64,000 nt of DNA, from assembly GCA_035626675.1 (NCBI GenBank), contig DASPNH010000125.1:17596-81595 (forward strand), in the 5' to 3' direction. The notes beneath the pieces were generated by a model that saw nothing but the letters and a program-made list of their open reading frames with translations, was not told the origin of the DNA and searched no databases. Every line of letters starts with the position of its first letter. Position 1 is the stretch's first letter. Positions 61,186-64,000 of the stretch are shown piece by piece. Position numbers and translations under genes: made by a program. The DNA comes from Candidatus Binatia bacterium. Lineage in GTDB: Bacteria; Desulfobacterota; Binatia; UBA1149; CAITLU01.

Positions 61186-63573
61186 ATGCGTGCGCTCCGG
61201 GCGTCGCGCCGATGGGCAGCTGCGGTGTTCACCACGGCACTGTGCCTTCATGCATGGCTGTCACCGACGCCTTCTGCCCTGGCGGCGCAGTGCTCGCGGC
61301 CATGCGGAAAGCCCGTCTCGACACAAGGGAGTACGCCCACCACCGGCGATGCATTGTTCACGCTGCGCACGGCCGTCGGCGTCAGCGCCACCTGCTATCT
61401 GTGCGAGTGCGACGTCAACGGGAACGATACCGTCACGTCCACCGATGCCCTGGCCGTTCTGCGGTCCGCCGTCGGGCTGCCCATCGAGCTCGACTGCCCG
61501 GCCTGTTCGCCGGTGCAGCCGAGCCTCGCCTATGCCCGAGGCGTGGCCGCCCTCGAACGCGAAAGCCTGCGCATCGCCAACGACGAGTTCGACTGCGCCG
61601 TCGAGCTGGAGCCGGAGCTGGCCGCGGCGCAGTTCTTCCGCGCCATCACCCGCGTTGCCGTCTACGTCGCCGCCGATGCGGATCTGCGCGAGCTGCTCGT
61701 CGAGAGCGGCGGCACGGGCAGCAGCGATATCTACAATTTCACGCTGGCCTTCCAGCACGGCGTCGACGTCCCGACCGTGGCGCGCGCCAGGCCCGTGCTC
61801 CTGCAGGGGCTGACCGACGAGCTGGCCGCCGCCATCGAGCATCTGGAGGTGGCAGTCGACGACGCGAACTTCATCGCAGCGCTCTCGGACGCGATCGCGC
61901 CCGAAGGGCTGCTTTCGGTGGGACGTCTGTACGAAGTCGACGCCGCCGACGCTGCCATCGTCTCGGCGGCGTTCCGCCAGCTGCGGTGCATCCTGCTGTT
62001 CACGATCGGTTCCTATCACCCCTCCACGTTCGACCGGCTGCGCGAGGCGCCGGAGGCAATCTGCGACGAGGATTTCGTCGCCGACCACGCCTCTTTCTTC
62101 ACCGTGGCTGCCGATCCGGCATTCGCTGCGGCGAAGGCCGAGTGCAAGGGAGCGATCTCGGACCTGATCACCGCCATCGACCTGATCGAGGACGAATCGG
62201 ACGGGCAGGGCGACGACCTCTTCGTGGTCGACGACGTGGAGCGCGAAGCTTTCGATCTGGCCAACGTCAGCGGCGATCCGATACGCGAGGTTCGCGACGT
62301 GCTCGTGGAGCTTCGCCAATCATTCGAGAACCCGACCGACGACCTGCCCTCGTGCGACGAGGAGCCCTTCCCGTTCGCCCTCGGCAAGCTCTTCGACGCG
62401 CCGCTGACGCGGGCCGATCTTCCCGACATCGGGCGCAACGAATTCACCGGCAAGTGCCAGGTCGACGAGGAGAGCTTCCCCGATCCATCGTTCCATGGGC
62501 TGCTGCCGGGAGCCCCGGACTATTCGGAGCTGGGGAGCCTGACTTCGAATGCGTGGCCGATCTGCCAGACGATCCCCGAGCCGCCGCCTTTGACGCTCTT
62601 CTTCGGCACCGTCGGCGCCGGCAGCTGCGACAGCGTCGTCGTGGAGGTCGACCTGGCCGCGGCCGATGCCGTCCTTGCCGAAGGCTCCCTGTGCGGGTTC
62701 AACGGCCAGCTCGCGGCGGCCGGCTGCGACGTCGATTTCGCGTCCGACGGCGAAACCCTTCTCGTGACGATCGCGGGCTGCACGATCCCCGCTTTCCTCG
62801 ACCTCTTCCATTGCCAGTTCCACACGGTGGACATCTCCGACATCAACGTCGTCTCGACGGCCGACTGCGACTGCACCACCGCGTCCTGTGATCCGGATCC
62901 TCCGCTGTGCGTCTCCGAGTCGCCCGATCCCGGCAGTTGCGAGGATTGCGACAACGGCATCGACGACGACGTCGACGGCGACATCGACTGCGAGGATGAA
63001 CAGTGCAGCAACCATCCCGACTGCACCGACAACGAGACGACTTCCACGACCACGACCAGCACCTCGACCTCGACGTCCACCTCTTCTTCGACCACGACCT
63101 CCACGACGACGACGACGCAGGAGTGCGGCGACATCGGCGACGGCTGCGACGTCAGCGAGGGTTGCTGCGAAGGACTCTGCCAGAACGATTTCTGCGAAGC
63201 TCCGCCCGCCTACGACATCGTCTTCGAGATCGTGGAGAGCAAGAACGTCGGCTCCGTCACCTGGGACGTCGACTACGGCTCCTCGGGCGGGATATTCGTC
63301 GGCGCGAGCGGATCGGTGCAGTGCACGAAGGCCGACGCCGTATACATCTCCTCGTTCGTCGACGGCGACCAGCACATGGTTCTTTCGGCAGGGATCGTCG
63401 ATCTGGACGGCGTCCAGGGACCGAACGCGCCGCTTGCGACCTGTCGCTTCCGCCGCCTCGGACCGCCGCCGCAGGCTTCCGATTTCGCGATCCTCAACGT
63501 GAACGCAGCCGACCCCGACATCGAGCCCATCGACGTGACGGTGGCCATCGCTTCGATCACGCCGGTACCCTGA
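61186..63573 (+). CDS. Large secreted multidomain protein: N-terminal dockerin-like pair, roughly 450-aa acidic domain, Thr/Ser-rich linker, myxo-type Cys-rich repeat, C-terminal roughly 150-aa domain
   Basis: Signal peptide MRALRASRRWAAAVFTTALCLHAWLSPTPSALA. CECDVNGNDTVTSTDALAVLRSAVG. TTSTTTTSTSTSTSTSSSTTTSTTTTT. CEDCDNGIDDDVDGDIDCEDEQC resembles the Myxococcus cysteine-rich repeat. Confidence 0.7.
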   Translation: MRALRASRRWAAAVFTTALCLHAWLSPTPSALAAQCSRPCGKPVSTQGSTPTTGDALFTLRTAVGVSATCYLCECDVNGNDTVTSTDALAVLRSAVGLPIELDCPACSPVQPSLAYARGVAALERESLRIANDEFDCAVELEPELAAAQFFRAITRVAVYVAADADLRELLVESGGTGSSDIYNFTLAFQHGVDVPTVARARPVLLQGLTDELAAAIEHLEVAVDDANFIAALSDAIAPEGLLSVGRLYEVDAADAAIVSAAFRQLRCILLFTIGSYHPSTFDRLREAPEAICDEDFVADHASFFTVAADPAFAAAKAECKGAISDLITAIDLIEDESDGQGDDLFVVDDVEREAFDLANVSGDPIREVRDVLVELRQSFENPTDDLPSCDEEPFPFALGKLFDAPLTRADLPDIGRNEFTGKCQVDEESFPDPSFHGLLPGAPDYSELGSLTSNAWPICQTIPEPPPLTLFFGTVGAGSCDSVVVEVDLAAADAVLAEGSLCGFNGQLAAAGCDVDFASDGETLLVTIAGCTIPAFLDLFHCQFHTVDISDINVVSTADCDCTTASCDPDPPLCVSESPDPGSCEDCDNGIDDDVDGDIDCEDEQCSNHPDCTDNETTSTTTTSTSTSTSTSSSTTTSTTTTTQECGDIGDGCDVSEGCCEGLCQNDFCEAPPAYDIVFEIVESKNVGSVTWDVDYGSSGGIFVGASGSVQCTKADAVYISSFVDGDQHMVLSAGIVDLDGVQGPNAPLATCRFRRLGPPPQASDFAILNVNAADPDIEPIDVTVAIASITPVP

Positions 63574-63618
63574 AGCGGTCAGGCACGTTTCGTCGCCTCA
63601 AGGCCGCCCGTCCCGGAT

Positions 63619-63987
63619 TCAACGCGCTCTTGCCAGAAGCGGGCAGTGGCCGACGATGGCTTCGTCATGAGCGCGGTCGTCCTGCCACGGCTGCCATGCC
63701 GGCGACGAGAGCACTCCGGCCTCGTCCAGGCTGGCGGTGCCGCTGCGGCTGATGCCGTCGGAATGACGGACCAGGACCGCGCCGCTCATGCTGGCGTCAA
63801 GCTTTCCCACGCTCCACGTCGCGGATCCGGCTATCATGCAGCAGAGCAGGCCGCCGTGCCCGTCGCGGATGTCGAGGTGGAAATCCGTCACCGAGACGCG
63901 TGAGGCCTGCTCCTTGGCCAGCGCATCCGGCAGCGAGAGCAGACCGTCGCGGAGACCGCCCGCAGCGCCTCCACCCGTATCGGTCAC
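63619..63987 (-). CDS. Hypothetical ORF near the window edge (possibly 5'-truncated by the window end)
   Basis: Only ORF-length and GC3 support, with no motif. The + strand alternative 63646-63903 cannot be excluded. Confidence 0.25.
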   Translation of the reverse strand: MTDTGGGAAGGLRDGLLSLPDALAKEQASRVSVTDFHLDIRDGHGGLLCCMIAGSATWSVGKLDASMSGAVLVRHSDGISRSGTASLDEAGVLSSPAWQPWQDDRAHDEAIVGHCPLLARAR

Positions 63988-64000
63988 CCGAAGCTCCAGA

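Overview
This is a 64 kb, high-GC (about 68-70% by eye) bacterial chromosomal segment. It is probably from a Myxococcota-like organism: one protein carries a myxo-type Cys-rich repeat, many proteins are secreted, one gene has a W-x-x-G-x-W repeat, and there are F420-type enzymes. I support about 60 protein-coding genes, mostly housekeeping or accessory metabolism and secreted or envelope proteins. I found no rRNA, tRNA, CRISPR array, transposase or integrase. Recognisable units are a CpxP/ZraP-like, OmpR-type regulator and histidine kinase operon, and a P450, membrane protein, AhpD-like, SDR operon with a divergent beta-helix protein, an MFS transporter and a methyltransferase. Also a RidA, keto-acid decarboxylase, VOC, hypothetical, ABC exporter string, a Sul-like (sulfonamide-resistance-type) dihydropteroate synthase next to a stand-alone multidomain LigD, and two tandem PhyH dioxygenases with a divergent AraC regulator. 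The non-coding fraction is unusually structured. It carries a dispersed GGGGTCAGG(C/T)AC palindromic element family that appears as terminators and REP-like hairpins, and in one case encodes the C-terminus of ligD. It also has two tandem-repeat arrays in promoter regions (37 bp x6 and 49 bp x5), a 20-bp perfect palindrome TTAAGGGGACAGTCCCCTTAA present four times, and one low-GC single-gene island holding a HEAT-repeat protein. All calls rest on reading the six-frame ORF track and the sequence, with no database searches, so family names come from motif recognition.
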